In this document: in pieces, positions 15,820 through 29,874 of the stretch
Layout of the letters: each line of letters begins with the position of its first letter
Position numbering within the stretch: the stretch's first letter is position 1
Assembly: GCA_964016885.1 (NCBI GenBank)
Contig: OZ024741.1
Location: forward strand, 284,828,001-284,892,000
Direction: 5' to 3'
DNA: 64,000 bases
DNA from: Eledone cirrhosa
Taxonomy: Eukaryota
Translations under genes and position numbers: made by a program
Notes under the pieces: model-generated
Databases searched by the model: none
Told to the model about the DNA's origin: nothing
Seen by the model: only the letters and a program-made list of their open reading frames with translations

Positions 15820-16075
15820 CATGAAATAAAATGTTGAATAAATCGCTTGAAATCGTTTCATAAAATGTAAACATAAATTTAATTCCAAAGAGAAGAGAGA
15901 GGAACAGTTTTTTTTGAACAGTTTTCTGATGAAGGGAATTTTAAGTCCCGATATATTTGAAAAAAGAAACAACAGTAGCAAAAACAAACATTGCCAGGTG
16001 GCTAAATTCTTCATTACAGTCAACTTATCGTTCATTTTGCATTGCTTAACCTTATATATCTTTCCACGTTATATA
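15815..16075 (+). mobile_element. Hammerhead-bearing mini-element
   Basis: CTGATGA(15926-15932)aggga-attttaag-tccc GATA tatttgaaaa (GAAA changed to GATA). Lies between (TA)n tracts. Confidence 0.5.
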
Positions 16076-16611
16076 ATATATATATATATACATGTGTGTG
16101 TGTGTGTGTGTGTTTATGTATATATGTATGTATGTACTTATCAACATCTCGAGAAAATTCTGTTCATAATCGTTAAGGATGTGAAGCGGAAATACATGGA
16201 CATATTTTAAATTGCCAACTGTCGGTTTCTATTAAGATGTGATAACGTATTACTTTTATCTCACTCATCTTTATATTTCAACATTAATATATTATCACTG
16301 CGTATTCGATCGAATCATCCATACATTTCATTCTCATTAATCGTTCCATTATGCTCTCCCTTACTTCGTCTTTCTGTGTCTCTCTTTCTTTCTTTCTTAT
16401 ATGCATATATAAATAAATGTATATATCGCCTGTATATATCGCCTATCATTAAACGGTCTCATGATCAATATGTCTTCTCCGTAATTCAATATTTCGTGTT
16501 CGATCCTAGTTTGCTTCTCATTGAAAATGTGTCTTCTACTTTTGCTTTGCTTTGGACATGTGATTAATTTTTAAAGAGAAGCTATATATATATATGCATA
16601 TGGTATGGCAT

Positions 16612-16922
16612 GGTCCCGTAACTCCTGATAGGGTCGTAGGGGTGACATACAGCGTTTCTTGGGCATATTAGGTCTGGCGGAGCCCATCCCACTGCAGGCC
16701 TGAGTACAGTAGATTTCTTCCAGAGAAAGATAGAAAGTGAGAGAGAGGAAATGAGAAAGAGATATAGAGGAAGAATCGACCCCAGTACTAGACTGGTACA
16801 TTTTTTTATCGACCTCGAAATGATGAAAGGCAAAGTTGACCTCGGCGGAATTTGAACTCCGAGAGCAGAGAGCTGGAATAAATACCACAAAGCATTCTAT
16901 CCGACGTTCTAACCACTCTGCC
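16612..16922 (-). mobile_element. SINE S1 with extended 3' module
   Basis: S1 head and body on the minus strand at 16775-16922, followed by a ~130-bp module shared with several other copies. Confidence 0.75.
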
Positions 16923-17508
16923 TATATATGCATATACCTCCTATATATATACTCTATATTAAGGTATCAATGCATATTATATGTATGACGATCATGTTTC
17001 TCAATAAAAATAGCTCAATGGACCTTAGTTCAGAGCACCAATTATAAATTAAAAGATATATGGATAGAGAAAAAAGGTATATATCATTTGAGAAACACAT
17101 ATCTACACTTGCTGTTAAACATTTCCTTTTTTGTCACCATGTGGAGGAGATTTGCAAACTTTCTGGACGGATATATAGGTATTTTTAAAGTGTGAAACAT
17201 ATTAAGTCTATCCCCACTACTGGGTTGATCTTGTTTCGGTTGATTTACCAAAATTGATAGTTGGTAATCGATAATCGATTTCTTAGATCGACTGCTTTGC
17301 TTCATTCTTTGGATTTGTGAAACGACCACGTAGAGAGATTTAGAATTATTTCCACCTTAAAATATATATATCTTCCTACATATTGTTTGCTTTATATGTG
17401 TGTACAATACACTGTGCTTCTGGACATAGTTACTTCTGACAGGACTCGCTGGAAGGCGTGTTTCAGGACTGTCTACTGATTTCTGATGGGCAAAAGAAGA
17501 AGAAGAAA

Positions 17509-17550
<42 letters not shown>

Positions 17551-17553
<3 letters not shown>

Positions 17554-17812
17554 CAACTTATCGCAAATCCCAGGAAACCCGCGTATAGGAGAAATACAAA
17601 AGATAGTACTAATGGAAACTGCCCATATACTAAGGAAAATTCTGTCAATATAAGTACATCACAAGTCTAAACACTAAAGATGCATGTGTGAGTATGTATG
17701 TTCTTTCTTGAACATGGCGGACCTTGTTGTCTCTTGAGGTCACTGGTTGTGACTTGGTGATAACTCGTATGAACATAAAGCAAGATAAATGCAACTGTAA
17801 TAATAATAATAA
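17551..17812 (+). mobile_element. R4/Dong LINE 3' end in (TAA)n
   Basis: NNLSQIPGNPRIGEIQKIVLMETAHILRKILSI* then 3' UTR. (TAA)n on both sides. Confidence 0.7.
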
Positions 17813-17814
17813 TA

Positions 17815-18169
17815 GTGCCTGATTGTGGATGTGGCCTGCCCATTCGACACGAGAGTGCAAGAGAAGGAGAGGGAGAAAATTAACCGATACCAGGACTTAA
17901 AGTGGGAGGTAAAAAGGATTTGGAACTGCCATGAAGTCAAAGTGATCCCGATTGTCATAGGCGCACTAGGGACTATCTCAAAAAGTTTCCAGGGATGGTT
18001 AAAGAAAATTGGCCCCTTCACGCTTTTTGGAACGCTTCAAAAGGCATGCTTGCTGGGAACAGCAAGAACCGTCCGATACGTCCTGAATATCTGAGGCTGC
18101 AGGTAGTGGTTTGATATTCATCTCAACAAACTTTCCAGTTAACTAACATCAATGACTGAGACTCAAAGA

Positions 18170-18208
<39 letters not shown>
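17815..18208 (+). mobile_element. R4/Dong LINE 3' fragment (restriction-like endonuclease C-terminus) with (TAA)n tail
   Basis: IVDVACPFD....EKEREKINRYQDL..E..RIW...V.VIPIVIGALG...LQKACLLGTARTVRYVLNI*. Confidence 0.85.
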
Positions 18209-18212
<4 letters not shown>

Positions 18213-18249
18213 GAAGAAGAAGAAGAAGAATTTTAATTCGGAAATCGTG

Positions 18250-18548
18250 TCAACTTGTACTTATGGTCGTGAATCTTGGCTAATGACTGAAAGAATACGA
18301 TCGCGAATACGAGAGGCCGAAAAGGGGTTACTGCGAATGGTCTTTGGAGTAATGTTACTCGACAGAGTCCGTAACCCGGAGATCAGAGAGTCGCTCCAAG
18401 TCGAGCCACTACTTCTCTGAATTGAGAGATCACAGCTCTGATACTATGAGCATCAGTTGGAGACAGTTGCTTCTGAAAGGACCCGCTGGAAGGAGTATTT
18501 GAGGAATTCCACGACCCTCTCAAGAAGAAGAAGAAGAAGAAGAAGAAG
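18250..18548 (+). mobile_element. RTE-clade (Expander/Rex3-like) 3' fragment with (GAA)n tail
   Basis: TYGRESWLMTERIRSRIREAEKGLLRMVFGVMLLDRVRNPEIRESLQVEPLLL*IERSQL. Confidence 0.8.
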
Positions 18549-18767
18549 CTTTTCCGATATATATAATTTTAACAATTACATTTCTATATCACTCACCTGG
18601 CATTGAACTCACATATACATTCCTCTTACACATGTGTTCCGAATATATTTGTACATTCATGCCAGTATTCATTAATTTAATAAAACAAAATATTTAGCAT
18701 TATCTAGAAATTGCAAACATGTATGTGTCATTTTATCCTCAATTAACCAGCACTATTTCTAAAAACC

Positions 18768-18883
<116 letters not shown>

Positions 18884-18970
18884 CGTCTATGTGTGTGTGT
18901 CAAGGGTATGAAAAATGGTAGCAGAGAACAACACAAAAAACTATAATGGTATGAACAAACATAATATTCT

Positions 18971-19042
<72 letters not shown>

Positions 19043-19585
19043 CAGTTTTTATAATTGTTGTTGTTAAACTTAAAATGCAATTTAAATTCATTTTATTCTA
19101 CATTTTATTCTATTGTGTGTTACTTTCTGCATTAGATGCATTAGATATTACTAGTGTTTTAGTTTTCAATTAATGACGAATTTTTGAATGCTTTAAGGAA
19201 GTAACTTAAGTTAAGTATGAGATTTTATTATACCGTTGAATTTGGTAGTATGTGGGATGAAATGCATTGTAGTATTTCATGACGACCCTCTATGCTAAGG
19301 TTTCAAATCCTGACAGGGTTAAATTTGCATTTCAATCGATAAAATAAAGAACCAATGGGGGTGATACAATCAACTTAACTCTTCCTCCCAAGATGTATGA
19401 CCTCATGTCTAGCTCTCTACCAAGATTCATGTAGGCTTATGTAACATGGTCCAATGTAATTCGTGAAGGTGTGTGACCTAGTGGTTTGGAGGTTTGTCCC
19501 GCCATCAATAAAGTCGAGATTTTGGTTCTTGAACATTTCATAGTATAATAAACCTTTAAGGAATTACACCAGTCCAACCTCCTGT

Positions 19586-19713
<128 letters not shown>

Positions 19714-19881
19714 TATAGATAGATAAATATACACGGGTGTATATGATTGTGTATAGAAGATTATATTAATAAGAGGAATTCCAACTTTGTCTGATTTACT
19801 CGTTTTATTTACAATCCTTTAAAATTTATAATGGTATTAGAATGAAATAGTATGGTAGAATATTAAATTCTAAGTGTTAAT

Positions 19882-19920
19882 TGAACAAGTACTTTCATGC
19901 TTTCGCAATCTTCAGGTTCA
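19882..19920 (-). ncRNA. Minimal type-I hammerhead ribozyme motif
   Basis: Minus strand reads tgaac CTGAAGA t tgc-GAAA-gca t GAAA gtac TT gttca. Stem I tgaac/gttca, GNRA-capped stem II, palindromic stem III AAGTACTT. Confidence 0.8.
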
Positions 19921-19960
19921 TGATATGTGGTGACAGTCAAGTTTGCAATTTTTAACTGTG

Positions 19961-20018
<58 letters not shown>

Positions 20019-20142
20019 ACAGGAGGCTGGACTGGTGTAATTCCTTAAAGGTTTGTTATACTATGAAATGTTCAAGAACCAAAATCCCGACTTTATTGAT
20101 GGCGGGACAAACCTCCAAACCACTAGGTCACACACCTTCACG

Positions 20143-20177
<35 letters not shown>

Positions 20178-20199
20178 ATTCTTCACTCTTTCACTACTA

Positions 20200-21130
20200 T
20201 GGGAGGTTATACGAATTGATCATGTAAATAAACATTTTTATGGTGGTTGCTGTTAGAATTAATGGCGGTGGTTTGGGCTGATATTTGGCTATTTTCTTCC
20301 TGTATATAGTATCCATGAAATGATGAAGGTAGCCTCGTTCCGACAGTAGTCTTCGGAATTTAGTTTCCACGGATTCTGCTAGTGTGGCTTCATCGCGGCG
20401 TGTCAATTTATTTCTGGCTACATGGTATTTGAGGCTCTGTGGTTTTGCAGAGTCTAGCTAGGGGAATATATTCCTCTTCACAATTTTTTTGTAGATGCTG
20501 AAAGTGACATTTCCTGAAGCGAGGGCTAGGTTGATATGGAGTAGGCTTAAGGAACCATCAACTGTTGAGTGTACGGTGTTGAACCTAATTGTGTCGTGCA
20601 TTGCATTCAATAATTCATATACTTTATCGGCTTCGCCCCTGAAATGGGTCAACACTAGTATGTTATCTACGTATGTCAGGTACAACGTCGCGAGTGTCGT
20701 TCTTATCTTTCCAAGCTACCCATTGTTAGTGTTGCCAGGCTTCCGTTAAGTCGTGAGCCTATCGAGAGGCCACTGGTCTGCTTATAGATGGTGTTTCTGT
20801 ACCTGAAAAACATGTTTTTGGTGGAGAATTCCAGGATTGAAGTGAGGCTTATTATCGGAAAGTTTTTGTCCTTCCTTCAGACGCTGTTGAAAAGAGCGTA
20901 TAACCTCAGTTCGTGGGATGTTGATACACATGGAGTGTACATCAAGGCTGAACGCGTATTGGTTGTTCTTCATCGTCTTGCGGGGGAACTCCAGGAGCTG
21001 CCGGCTTATTTCGAAATGTGCCGGTATGTGCTATGTTAGGAGTTTTATTAGCGATACTAGAAACTATTCTATTTTCAAGAGAGGAAAGCTTGTGCTTGCG
21101 ATAATCGGGTGTACTTTTAGGAATGCGTAA
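20200..21130 (-). pseudogene. Degenerate Penelope/Poseidon-like reverse transcriptase
   Basis: FSLDVHSMCINIP (SLDV.SLYTNIP-like), IYKQTSGLSIGS, TYVDNIL (YVDD-like), LLNAMHDTIRF...GSLSLL, FSIYKK. Confidence 0.75.
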
Positions 21131-21982
21131 GAAACATAACTACGAAAGTGCTCGCTGAGCAAACAGACAATAAATCTACGAAAAACAGAAGCGTATTTCA
21201 TTAGTAAGAAAACATCAGCTCTGGGCCGTCGGAATGATATGGACGATTGGAAACCTCTGTACACCAACTCCGAGGTGAACAGGATTTGCCAAAACGAACA
21301 GTCTGGTGAAGGATTTTTTACATCCGAAAGCGCTAACTAATCTTACCAACACATCAACAAATATTAATATTATTTTACCAATAGAAATATCAATATGGGT
21401 TCCCTCTTTTGGGTATTTTACCACATATTTTACATTGAGGGATTATTGGTCAGCTAGTCGGTATTTTTATATATCGATATTTACATTGTACATTCACAAC
21501 CGCATGTTTAATTCAGTCGTTGAGTTGCCTCGTGGTTGGCTTGAGAGGTGCTATTTTTAGCACTCCCATGCATTCTACTGCCCTATCTACCACCCGATAT
21601 TCAACAAGTAAGTTTGTTTCCTAACTCAAACTCAATTATGGAAACTTGATATCTTGTGTGAATAATAATTAATGAAAATTGGTTCACTGCGAAAAGTTCT
21701 TATCTTAAACATTAATAATTATCCATTTAATTGTTATAATTAATGGGTTTCTTTTTCCGGACCAGAATAAACGTATAGAAGAACTATATATTGCTAATAT
21801 AAAGTAATATTTCATTATTTAAACTGAGTGTATGCTCTATATGTTTGTTGTGCAAGGTATCTAAATTGTTATGCCAATAACAATATCTATGTGAGTTCCC
21901 TCTGCTGAGTATTTTCGCAGCTTTTTTTATCGAGGGGCTATTGTTCAACAAGTCGATATTTTTATACATCGATATTTACATT

Positions 21983-22075
<93 letters not shown>

Positions 22076-22095
22076 TATATATATCATGCCTATGT

Positions 22096-22220
22096 AGGCG
22101 GTGAATTGACAGTCGTTCGAACGTCGGATAGAATGCTTCGCAGCATTCGTTGCGGTTCTCAACCTTGCCTTTCATCTTTTCAAGGTCGATAAATGAAGTA
22201 CTTATCAATAACTGGTGTCG
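22096..22220 (+). mobile_element. SINE S1, degenerate
   Basis: ggcggtgaattgacag..ccttgcctttcatcttttcaaggtcgataaatgaagtac. Confidence 0.65.
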
Positions 22221-23094
22221 GTTTTTTTCTCTGAAATAATTTTTCACTACTTTTCACTACTCCTATCCATTTGTGTGGAAGAAATCTGTTGTATTCATAC
22301 CTTTAATTAAACTGCCCAAACACGACGTACATCACCACGACACCTCCACCAGAAGAAAGGAGCCCATTAAATTCCATAGCATGGCGTATACGTTTTTGTG
22401 TGTCAGTGTATGTGTGTGTGTGAGGTTGTATGATGAATATAGCTGAATGCCTCAAATTAACAGAAAAAAGGTAAATGCAATATATTGTCGGCTTCTTGAA
22501 TTTCCCTGCCTTTCAGTGAAGTTTAAGTAAATTGAATTACTTCAAGCTAGAATGGAAATTGTATCGTTGGCACTGCTTTTGTGTAGTTTATTTTATTACA
22601 CATACAGCCCGCCATTACATAACATAACACAACGCACACAAATACCAGAAAGGCATTTCTATTATTTAGATGCAAAAACAACTTGTTACTTACAGTCACA
22701 TCTATAGTGAAGGAATGAGCGTGGATTATTCCTTACCAATTTCCAATAACACCTTTTGGAAATCAATACTACACTGTAAGAGGGATGTTAAACTAGCATT
22801 ACTTCCATCATCTCGCCAATACTAATATATATGGAACAATGTTTATAGTAGAAAAAAAAGTAGTAAAATGTGTTAGTGAAAAATAAACAGTAGAGATGCG
22901 TGTACAGAGGGAATAATTGCTTTTCATGTCGTTGGACTAGCAAATGAACAATCAAATATTATCGATATGCGAACATATGTGCTAGCTAATATTATCGATA
23001 TGATAACAAATAAACCGCATTAACAACAGGTCTAGCACACACTGGCAAATTGCCAAACATGTACCTGTATGCAATAATGATAATAATGCTTACT

Positions 23095-23380
23095 TACGTT
23101 GGCACAAGTTCTCATATGTTGGGAAATAAAGAATGGTGATATCAATTTAATAGATCACAGTATTTTACTGGTATTACATTTATAGAGACCGGAACGACGA
23201 CAGTCAAAGCTGCTTGTGATGGGATTTTATATTAGATTGTAAGAGTCGGAACATATTTTATGAAGAATTGGTGTTGATTTAAGAGATGGCAGTATTTTAC
23301 TGGGGTTACTTTTACCAAACCCAGAATGGTGAAAGGCAAAGTTGATATCTGTGGGATTTCATAGCAGAATGTTAAGAGCC
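23095..23380 (-). mobile_element. Two degenerate SINE S1 copies
   Basis: cagtattttactgg and tgaaaggcaaagttga..gggattt motifs, each present twice. Confidence 0.55.
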
Positions 23381-24261
23381 GGGACACCAAATATATTTTA
23401 AAGACTTGCTTGTGGTGGTGTCGCTTTCGTAGACTGCAATATCTTACTGCTATTTTATCGAGCACAGAGATACGAAAAGCAAAGTGGATTCCAGCAGGAT
23501 ATGGAATCAAATGGTAAACAAACGTGGTTGAATACAATAAAAGAATTTGTCTGTCAATGTATTGCGTATAATTCCACAATCAACACCATGGTGATGTTGA
23601 TAACGTTTCTTCTACTGTTGACACAAGGGCTACACATGAAGGGACATTACAAAGGCAAGCTGCACAAATGTCAGGCTCGGATGGAGTTGTGGTATTAATT
23701 ATTGAAAAGACATATAAAAGCAATACATAACAACATGACATGAAACCTCTGAATACTGGAAGGTCCCCATGAGATATCGCATGACTACATGTACAATTCA
23801 GAGATTCGGCTTTGTCACATACACTAGCAAGCAGAGAATTACTTTAAGTGATCCCGTGTCTATGAAATGCTCAGCCACGTGCGTCAGTTTCATGAGAAAA
23901 TTGTTCCACTGATCGAACAAAAGTCGAAACCGGCTGATGTCTATTGTCTATTCCATTTCCCCATCATTTCTCCCACAAATCTAAGTGCATAGAGCAAATC
24001 ATATATATTTTAGGAGAAAGAGTGTGAGTACCATAGAGATACACCTATTGTGATCCGTGTTTGATTCTCGCGTGTAACCATTTCCCATTGCATCGTTGAT
24101 GTCGTTCTGAAAACAAAAAGAAAACAAATTAACGTTACGAAATCTATTTCCCTCTAAACGATGCAACAGAAACCATGCACCTATCTGTAAAAATTTATAG
24201 CGATTGGCTTTCACCAGCCCATAGTTCAGTTGTATAATATTGCAGTGAATTGTCTCAAAAG

Positions 24262-25486
24262 GCAAAGCGAAATCGTAGTCATTAGGGCATCGGATTTAAT
24301 TCATCGATATTTTTCCCGACTCACTGCGTTCTGAGTTCAAATTCTACCGAGGTTAACTTTACTTATCATCTTTTTGGAGGGTGGGGCTAGGGTAAAATAA
24401 AAGGTAGCACTTCCTCAGCCCGAACACACTGCGAACACACTGAGTTCATATTCCATCTCCTGACATGATAGTATCAGTAAGGGAAAGATCAATGAAATCA
24501 TTTGTCCAGCCTGACGATCGACTCTTTTTCTTTCTTCTCTCTAATATATGATTAGTATATATTGTCAACTTTAGATAAATAAAATAGGATTTCAACAACA
24601 GCAAGAATTGAAATCAGAACGTAGAAAGTGGAAAGTAAAAAAAACGTAAAATAACTTTTGGCATGTCTATTTCTTTTGGCAGTATCGGTACAGGATCGGA
24701 CGCCATGCCTTGCAGCATAGAGTTACGCCCCATTACGGTCTGAGTTCAAATCCCGCCGAGGTTGACTTTGTCTTTCATCCTTACGAGGTCTATAAAATAA
24801 AGTACCAGTAATGCACTGGGGTAATTGCTGGCCTTGTGCCAAAAGTAGAAACAATTATTGATTCAGTATACACAGTGCGGTAGAGCGTCGGATAATATGC
24901 TTTCGGCATAGAACTACGTCTCTTTACGTTCTGAGTTCAAATCCCACCGAGGTTAGTTTTACCATTGCTCTCTACAGGGGTCGATAAAATAAAGTACGAA
25001 TAACACACTGGGGTTGATTCAATCGACCCCTCCTTCCCCAACAATTATTTATTCAGTATAGGACATTGGATTGAGAGAATCAGTGAAGCTTCAGGGGAAA
25101 ACATTGTGGTATTTGTCCCAGCTTTGATTTACTGAGTTATAATTTTTCCTTTTCCGGGGGTCAATAAAATAAATTACCTCTCAAGTAACGGGGTTATAAA
25201 TCCACCTCAGTATCGACGTTTTGCTGCCCACAAACTTTCGGCTAGAATGCTTTGCAGTATTCTTTTCGGCTCTCTGCTTTCTGAGTTCAAATTCCTTGAG
25301 GCCAACTTTGTCTTTCATTCTTTCGAGGTCGATAAAAATAGTACCGGTCCGGTACTCGGGCCGATTTTTCATCTATATCTCTTTCACCCTTCATCTCTCT
25401 CATTGTCTGGAATAAATCGACTGTGCTTAGACCTGGAAAGGGAATCGGCTTCACCAGGTTTGAAATGCTCAAGACACACACGCACT

Positions 25487-25585
<99 letters not shown>

Positions 25586-26868
25586 GCACACATCCTTCAA
25601 TATAGTCAACCCCACTTTTTGACTGCGATGGTCACCATAAATGTGAGCATTCAAATATGTCACTACGACAGCACTAGGAGTTACGGTTCCATACATACAT
25701 AGTAGAGTGGTTGGCAGAGTCAACAGTGCTTCAAAAATAAAATAAGACATAGTGGTATTTGCTCCACCACTCTAAATTCAATGTGCTTCTCATGACCATG
25801 AAATAAAGTACTAGTGTCGCTTCCCGACAAATTATTGGTCATTAACATTAGCAAATTCATTAAAACATCGGACAAAAGGCTTTGCAGTATTAGTTTCGAC
25901 TCTTTGTGTTCTGTGTTCAATTCCCGCTGACGTCAAGTTTGCCTTCATCAATTCGGGGTCCATGAAATAAAGTAGCAGTAAAGTTCTGGAGTCGGTATAA
26001 TTGACTTTCCCCTTCACCCAAATTTCTATCCTTCTTCCAAATTTAGAAGCAATTCACGTAGCGCGATGAAATGGCAGAACAGTCACAGTGCCAGATAGAA
26101 TGTTTTGCCATATTCGTACAAGGCCTCTGTGTCAGTTTGAATCCAATCCAGATCAATTTTGATTTTTATCCTTTCGGTGTTCTCTCTGGAAGAAATTGAC
26201 TGTAGGGCGAAACCTGGAGAGAGACAGGCGCCGCCATGTTTAAAAAGGTTAGATATATCAAATAGACACTACCATGAATCCATCGGGAGTTATGGGATCA
26301 ATAAGAGTGATAGTGATACAATGATTTTATAAGAAAGAGTCATAAGAAAGAACCTAAAACAAATATCGAATTTACTTCTAGTGGAATATTTAACATAAAA
26401 ATCACAAAATGAAAAAAAAAAAAGGAAAAATACATTTAATCTAAATGATGCAATAAATTGTTAGCCCGCTGTTCCACACGGTTTTGTTAAGTAGCAATAC
26501 TTATTTTTAACTTCGTCATTGATTTTTCAAATATAAGCATAAGAATTTGTAAAAGTCGATAAAAAAAGAGTAAAGCGAAGATCATTATCACTATTATTAT
26601 TATTGAAATTATAATCATCATCATAACCATGACCATTGCCTTTTCTATTATCACTCTTATCCCCACCACGATCATTATGGTGGATTTTGATTTAGGCACA
26701 GGTCAATAATTTATGAGCAGGTGAAATTCAATTAAATCGATCCCAGTGCATTATTTTATCGAACCCTACAGATGAAAGGCAAAGCTAACCTCGGTAGGAT
26801 TTAAACTCATAACTTAAAGGGACGTAACTCGATACCACAATGCTTTACCAATACTGCCAATCCACCGC
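24262..26868 (+). mobile_element. Cluster of about 9 SINE S1 copies, mostly in the same orientation
   Basis: Repeated ttctgagttcaaat.cc.ccgaggt..actttg.ctttcatcc..cggggtcgataaaataaagtac cores near 24330, 24740, 24930, 25130, 25280, 25770, 25910 and 26130, plus a minus copy at about 26690-26868. Confidence 0.8.
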
Positions 26869-27202
26869 ACTTATTATAATAATAATTATTATCATCATCA
26901 TCACCATTACCATCACCATCACGAACATCATTATTATTATTACTATTATTATTAGCATCATTATATCATCCTCATCTTCATCTCTCTCTCGCTCTTTCAG
27001 CATACACACACATATATTTTATTATATACATACACACACACACACAGAGACACACACATACACACACACACACACAGAAACACATATATATACTACCATT
27101 ACTAATACTGCAATTGTAGTCAACAACCAGTCAGACAATAACAGGGAACAAACCAACTTCTACTCCAGCAACAGCTACTACTACTATCACCAAACCCCGA
27201 AG

Positions 27203-27303
<101 letters not shown>

Positions 27304-27319
27304 GAAAATGTGAACTCTT

Positions 27320-27530
27320 TTATATGTATGTAATCTAATTCCCTCTTCTTATTAATATACACCTTAACTTATTTGACACATTTAATCATATTTCCTGTAA
27401 TATGAAGAAGCCTAAAACACTATTGGCTGAAACCGGTACAATAAATTGCTTTTTTAAATAAATGTTTTGTTGTTATTATGAGAAAATCCCATTACCATTT
27501 TCTACTGTTTTTCTTATTTTTATAATATAT
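27320..27530 (+). mobile_element. PLE 3' remnant with hammerhead-like motif
   Basis: ATGAAGA(27402-27408)agcc-taaaacactatt-ggct GAAA(27429-27432)ccgg TA caataaa. Confidence 0.55.
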
Positions 27531-27619
27531 ATGAACTCATGTGTCACTTCTCAACATTCTAAATACATGCATACATACATACATACATACATACATACAT
27601 ACATACATACATACATACA

Positions 27620-27719
<100 letters not shown>

Positions 27720-27955
27720 TGTGGGTGTGTGTTTCGTTTCACTATATTCCAGATATTAACTCACTAAAATTCAAAAATTTCCAACTAAAAAAAAAATAAC
27801 AATAATAAAAGAAATCTGAAAAATCCACTGAGATCAATATGTAACGAAGTGTGTAAATGGAAACGTTAGGAAGCAATGACAGTCTTACTGTACTTTTAGT
27901 TGTATAATATATTTTGCATATCGATATTTTTTTAATTTTGTATTTTATATTTTAA

Positions 27956-28037
<82 letters not shown>

Positions 28038-28142
28038 TTGGTGGTGGTGGTGGTGGTGGTGGTGCTTCAAAATCTTTCTATTTACCCACTTTTTGTTTCG
28101 TTTTAAAATCCATTACTTTTGCATGGTTAATGGTGTAATTAT

Positions 28143-28179
<37 letters not shown>

Positions 28180-28193
28180 TCACTCTCTCTTTC

Positions 28194-28270
<77 letters not shown>

Positions 28271-28285
28271 CTCACTCTCTCTTTC

Positions 28286-28390
<105 letters not shown>

Positions 28391-28470
28391 CTATTGAGCG
28401 CTTGCCAGCATAACTCTGATTTTGCGTTTCGTTTCGCTTTTTCTACCCGCCGAAATGCGATTCTTGCTGA

Positions 28471-28521
<51 letters not shown>

Positions 28522-28715
28522 GCGGCAACACCCTCCTAAAGTATAACAATATATATATATATATATATATATATTTACATATGAGTATGAAATTTGCTAT
28601 CGAAACGGCAATATATATATATATATATAGTAAAGAGACAGGGCCCCACGGGTGAGCTCTTGCCGTTTCGATAGCAAATTTCATACTCATATGTAAATAT
28701 ATATATATATATATA

Positions 28716-29175
28716 TTGTTATACTTTAGGAGGGTGTTGCCGCCAATAAAAACACATGCACCGGTTGATTTTAACTTTAATTTATTATAAATTTCCGGTT
28801 CGTTGGATCAATAACCAAATGGTTGTTTATATATTATCAAAATTCTTCTGTCAGACATTCTATGACCTCCATAGTGGGTGATTTTTGCTTTTGTAACACA
28901 AAAACTAGATAGCGTAGGAGAGCACAAAGGAGAAACACAAAATAAATAATCACTCCCTGGTGAAGTCACAGAATGTGTGACGAAAGAACTTTGACAATAT
29001 ATAAACAACCATTCTGTTATTGAACCAACCAGAAATTTATAATAAATTGAAGCGGAACTCAACAGGTGCATCTGTTTTAATTGATAACATAACCCTCCTA
29101 AAGTATAATAATATCTGTTTCAACACACGTTTACAGATAAGAAATCTTGCAAAACAAATTACAAAACGAAGTATA
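28716..29175 (+). mobile_element. Fold-back mini-element with hammerhead-like motif in the spacer
   Basis: Arms about 28716-28800 and 29022-29110. CTGGTGA(28957-28963) a gtcaca-gaatg-tgtgac GAAA(28982-28985). Confidence 0.6.
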
Positions 29176-29179
29176 TATA

Positions 29180-29215
<36 letters not shown>

Positions 29216-29263
29216 AACCCATAGCACACCCATATATGTATATACACACACACACACACATAT

Positions 29264-29738
<475 letters not shown>

Positions 29739-29818
29739 ATATATAAATATATATATATATACAAACCCATATATGTATATATATATATGTTCACCCATAT
29801 ATGTATACACACACACAT

Positions 29819-29860
<42 letters not shown>

Positions 29861-29874
29861 CTAGGGCGGGTAAA

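Noticed and set aside
24262-26300. Repeat-spacer-like periodicity suggesting a CRISPR array
   Set aside because: Units are long, diverged SINE copies in eukaryotic DNA, with no cas genes.
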